Both the position numbers and the translations under genes were made by a program. The notes beneath the pieces were generated by a model that was not told the origin of the DNA, did not search any database, and saw only the letters and a program-made list of their open reading frames with translations. Positions 60,060 to 64,000 of a stretch of 64,000 nt of DNA are shown one piece after another (within the stretch, counting starts at the first letter, position 1; each line of letters opens with the position of its first letter). The stretch is from the human T2T-CHM13v2.0 reference genome, Homo sapiens. Where the stretch lies: the NCBI RefSeq assembly GCF_009914755.1, contig NC_060940.1. One strand, given 5' to 3'.

Positions 60060-63000
60060 CTATGGTTCCACAGGTTTCCATTCGTGTCCATTCCATTATT
60101 CCATTCTATTCCATTTGATGATGATTCCATTCGATTCCATTCATTGGTGATTCCACTCAATTCCATTCAATGATTCCATTCCATTTCTTTCAACAATGAT
60201 TCCATTAGTTTCTAATCGATGATCCACTTGATTCCATTTGACGACGATTCCATTCTTGTCCATTCGATGATTCCATTTGATTCCATATGATGATGATTCC
60301 ATTCGATTCCATACCATGATGATTCCATTCGAGTCCATTCAATGGTGATTCCATTCAATTCCATTCGATGATTCCTTTCGATTCCATTCAATGATGATGG
60401 CATTCGATTCCTTTCAATCATTCCCTTTGATTCCATTGAAAGGTGATTTCATTCAAGTCCATTCGATAATTGCATTCGATTCCATTCTATGATGATTCCA
60501 TTCGAGTCCATTTGATGATTCCATTCAATTCAAGTCAATGATGATTCCATTCAATTCCATTCGACGATTCCATTGGATTCCATTCGATGATGATTCCATT
60601 CAAATCCATTCGATAATTCAATTCAAGTCCATTCGATGATGATTCCAATCGAATCCATTCAAAGATTCCATTCTGTTCCATTCGATGATTCCCTTAGATT
60701 CCATTCGATGATTCCACTTGATTGCATTTACGATGATTCCATTCGATTCCATGTGATGATTCCATTCAATTCTATTCAATGATGTCTCCATTTGATTCCA
60801 TTCGACCATGATTGCCTTTGATTCCATTCAATGATTCCATTCGGTTCCGTTTGATGATGATTCCGTTCGATTCCATTTGATGATTCCATTTGATTCCATT
60901 GGATGAGTCCATTCGATTACACTCGATGATTATTCCATTCGAGTGCATTAGATGATTCCATTCGAGTCCATTCGATGATTCCATTCGATTCCATTCGATG
61001 TTGATTCTGTTCAAATCCATTCGATGATTCCACTCGATTCCATTCGTTGACTCCATTTGATCCCATTCGATGATTTCCTTTGATTCCCTTTGATGATCAT
61101 TCCATTTGATTCAATTCGGTGATTTCATTTGATTCCATTCAGTGATGTTTCCATTCGACTCCATTCGATGATGATTCCATTCGACTCCATTCGATTATGA
61201 TTTCATTCAATTCCATTCGATAATGATTCCCTTCGAGTCCATTCGATGATTCCATTCGATTCCATTCAACGATGATTTGATTCGTGTCCATTCGATGATT
61301 CCATTTGATTCCACTTGACGATGATTCCATTCGAGTCCATTTGATGATTCCATTCAATTCCATACTCCGATGATTTCTTTTGAGCCCACTCAATGCTTCC
61401 ACTCGATTCCATATGATGATGACTCCATTCGATGAAATTCGATGATGATTCCATTCGCTTGCTTTCGATGATGATTCCACTTGAGTCCGTTAGAAGATTC
61501 TATTCAATTACATTCCATGACGATTCCGTTCGAGTCCATTTGATGATTCCATTAGACTCCATTCGACGATGATTCCATTCGATGTTATTCCATGATTCCA
61601 TTCGATCTCATTCGATGATGATTCCATTCAACTCCATTCGATGTTTCCATTCGAGTTCATTCTATTATTCCATTAGATTCCATTCGATGATGATTCCATT
61701 CGATTCCATTTGATGATTGCATTCTATTTCATTTGATGATGATTCCATTCGAGTCCACTCGATGATTCCATTCGAGTCCATTTAATGAATCCATTGGTTT
61801 CAATTCTATGATGATTACATTGGATTCCATTCGTTGATGAATTCATTCGGCTCCATTCAATGATGATTCCATTCAATTCCTTTCAATGTTTCCATTCAAT
61901 TCCATACGATGATGATTCCATTTGATTTGATTCGACAGTGAGCCATTCGATTCAATTCCATGATGATTCTATTTGATTCAATTGGTTGACATTTCCATTC
62001 GATTCCATTCGATGATGATTCCCTTTGATTCCGTTCAAAGATGATTCCATTCTAGCCCATTCAATCATTCCATTCGATTCTATTCAATGATGATTCCATT
62101 CATGTCGATTTGGTGATTCCATTTGACTTCATTTGATGATGATTCCTTTCAAGTTCATTAGATGATTCCATTCGATTCCATTTGATGATGATCCCATTCG
62201 AGTCCATTCAGTGATTCCATTCGTTTCCATTCCATGATGATTCCATTCCTTTCCATTCAATGATTCCATTCGATTCCGTTTGATGATGATTTCATTCGAG
62301 TCCATTTGATGATTCCATTTGATTCCATTCGATGATGATTCCATTCGAGTCCATTCGATGATTCTATTCGAATCCATTTGATGATTTCTTTTGATTATAT
62401 TTGGTGATGATTCCATTGGAGTCCATTCAATGATTCCATTCGATTCCAATTGATGATGATTCCATTAGAGTCCATTTAATGATTCCATTTGATTCCAGTC
62501 TCTGATGATTACATTCGAGTCCATACGATGATTCCACTCAATTCCATATGATGATGATTCCATTCGATTCCATTCGATGATTCCATTCTATTCTATTCAA
62601 TGGTGATTCCATTCGAGTACATTAGATGATTCCATTCGATTCCATTCAATGATGATTCTATTTGTGTCCCTTAGATGATTCCACATGATTCCATTACATG
62701 ATGATACTATTTGAGCCCATCCAATGATTCCCTTCGATTCCATTCGATGAGGATTCCATTCGATTCAATTCATTGGTGATTCTATTCAATTCAATTCTTT
62801 GATTCCATTCCATTCCATTCGACAATGATTCCATTCGATTTCTTTCGATGATTCCACTCGATTCCACTTGACATTGATTCCATTCGATTCCATTCAATGA
62901 TTCCATTTGATTCCAGTGGATGATGATTGCCATCGATTCCATTCGATCACTCCATTCTATTCCATTTGATGATGATTACATTCGATTCCATTTGATGATT

Positions 63001-64000
63001 CCATCTGATTCTATTCGAGGATTCCATTTGATTCCATTCGATGATGATTCCATTCGAGTCCATTCGATGATTTCATTCGAGTACATCCAATGATTCCATT
63101 CGTGTCCATTTGATGATTCCATTTGTTTCCATTTGATTATGATTCTACTAGAGTCCATTCAATGACTCCATTCGAGTGCATTCAACAATTCCATTCGACT
63201 CCATTCGATGATTGCATTCGATTCCATTTGATGATTCCATTCGAGTCCATTTAATCATTACAGTCGAGTCCATTTGGTGATTCCACTGGATTTCTTTTGA
63301 TAATGATACCATTCCATTACATTTGATGATGATCCCATTCAATTTCATTTGATGATGATTCCCTTAGAGTCCATTCGATGATTTCATTCGAGTCCTTTCA
63401 TTGATTCCATCCGATTTCATTTGATGATGACTCCATTCGAGTCCATTCGATGATTCCACTCGATTCCATTAGATGATTCCATTGGAGTCCATTTCATTGT
63501 TCCATTCGATTCCATTCGATTCCTTTCGAAGATTATTCCATTTGAGTCCATTCGATGATGATTACATTCCATTCCTTTCGATGATTCCATTTGATTCCAT
63601 TTGATGATTCCCTTCGATTCCTTTCTTTGATGACTGCATTCCATTCCATTCAATGTTTCCATTCGAATCTATTCCATGATGATTCCTTTCGATTCCATTC
63701 GCTGATGTTTCCGTTCAATTCCATTCGATGATGATTCCATTCGATTCCATTCATTGAGGATTCCATTTGATTCCATTCTATGATGATTCCGTTCTATTCC
63801 ATTCAATGATTGCATTCAATTCCATTCAATGATTATCCCATTAGAGTAAACTCAACGATTCCATTCAATACCATTCGATGATGATTCCTTTTGAGTTCAT
63901 TCAATGATTTCATTCAAGTCCATTTGATGATTCCTTTCAATTCCATTCTATGATGATTCCATTCGAGTCCATTCGATGATTCCATTCGATTGCATTCCAT
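60060..64000 (+). repeat. HSat2 higher-order unit 11 (partial, runs off the window end; 6122-bp type)
   Basis: Landmark at 60060; ORFs 60141-63662 recur at +6122 from unit 10. Confidence 0.9.

Larger units (their letters stand above)
1..64000 (+). repeat. Human satellite II (HSat2/HSATII) pericentromeric tandem array, CATTC strand on +, ~6.1 kb higher-order unit (HSat2B-like, probably chr16q11.2)
   Basis: The ATTCCATTCGATTCCATTCGATGATG / ATTCCATTCGAGTCCATTCGATG motif runs continuously from the first to the last base. The GATGAT interruptions and abundant TCGA separate it from the purer (CATTC)n of HSat3. The ORF track recurs with a ~6.1 kb period. Subfamily and chromosome are inferred from the unit length. 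Confidence 0.97.

Noticed and set aside
353-63662. Numerous 60-132 aa ORFs, nearly all on the minus strand (MESSSNGIEWNHRM-like)
   Set aside because: These are translations of the GAATGGAATCATCATC satellite strand, which is ATG-rich and stop-poor, while the plus strand is full of TGA. They are low-complexity, overlap in several frames, show no recognisable domain, and open or close with random SNPs.
1-64000. CRISPR-like or other repeat-spacer array
   Set aside because: There are no unique spacers between constant repeats and no cas genes; all of the sequence is degenerate satellite.
1-64000. Transposon insertion (Alu, L1, LTR), unique island or strand inversion
   Set aside because: None seen. 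The CATTC orientation and composition are continuous, with no poly-A tail, GC-rich segment or GAATG-strand block.
1-64000. HSat3, alpha satellite or telomeric repeat assignment
   Set aside because: The pervasive CATTCGATGATG 23/26-bp pattern is HSat2. Pure CATTC runs are only about 3 copies long, and there is no 171-bp monomer or TTAGGG tract.

Overview
The whole 64 kb window is one uninterrupted, single-orientation array of classical human-type satellite II (HSat2/HSATII). It consists of diverged (CATTC)n built from 23-bp and 26-bp monomers (ATTCCATTCG+ATTCCATTCG+[ATG]1-2) and is rich in TCGA CpGs. The monomers form a ~6.1 kb higher-order unit repeated about 10.5 times. Measured between copies of the landmark CTATGGTTCCACAGGTTTCC, the periods are 6108, 4883, 6062, 6077, 6059, 6111, 6122, 6122, 6122 and 6122 bp. 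A ~6.1 kb HSat2 period is what I recall for the HSat2B subfamily of the 16q11.2 pericentromeric block; that placement is an inference. I see no genes, transposons, RNA genes or CRISPR, and all listed ORFs are translations of the satellite. I found no new protein-coding system. The interesting content is the array's evolutionary record: a 1180-bp deletion at a haplotype switch, a shared 49-bp deletion lineage, mosaic units, a young homogeneous 6122-bp expansion with new EcoRI/KpnI sites, and older duplications inside the unit.
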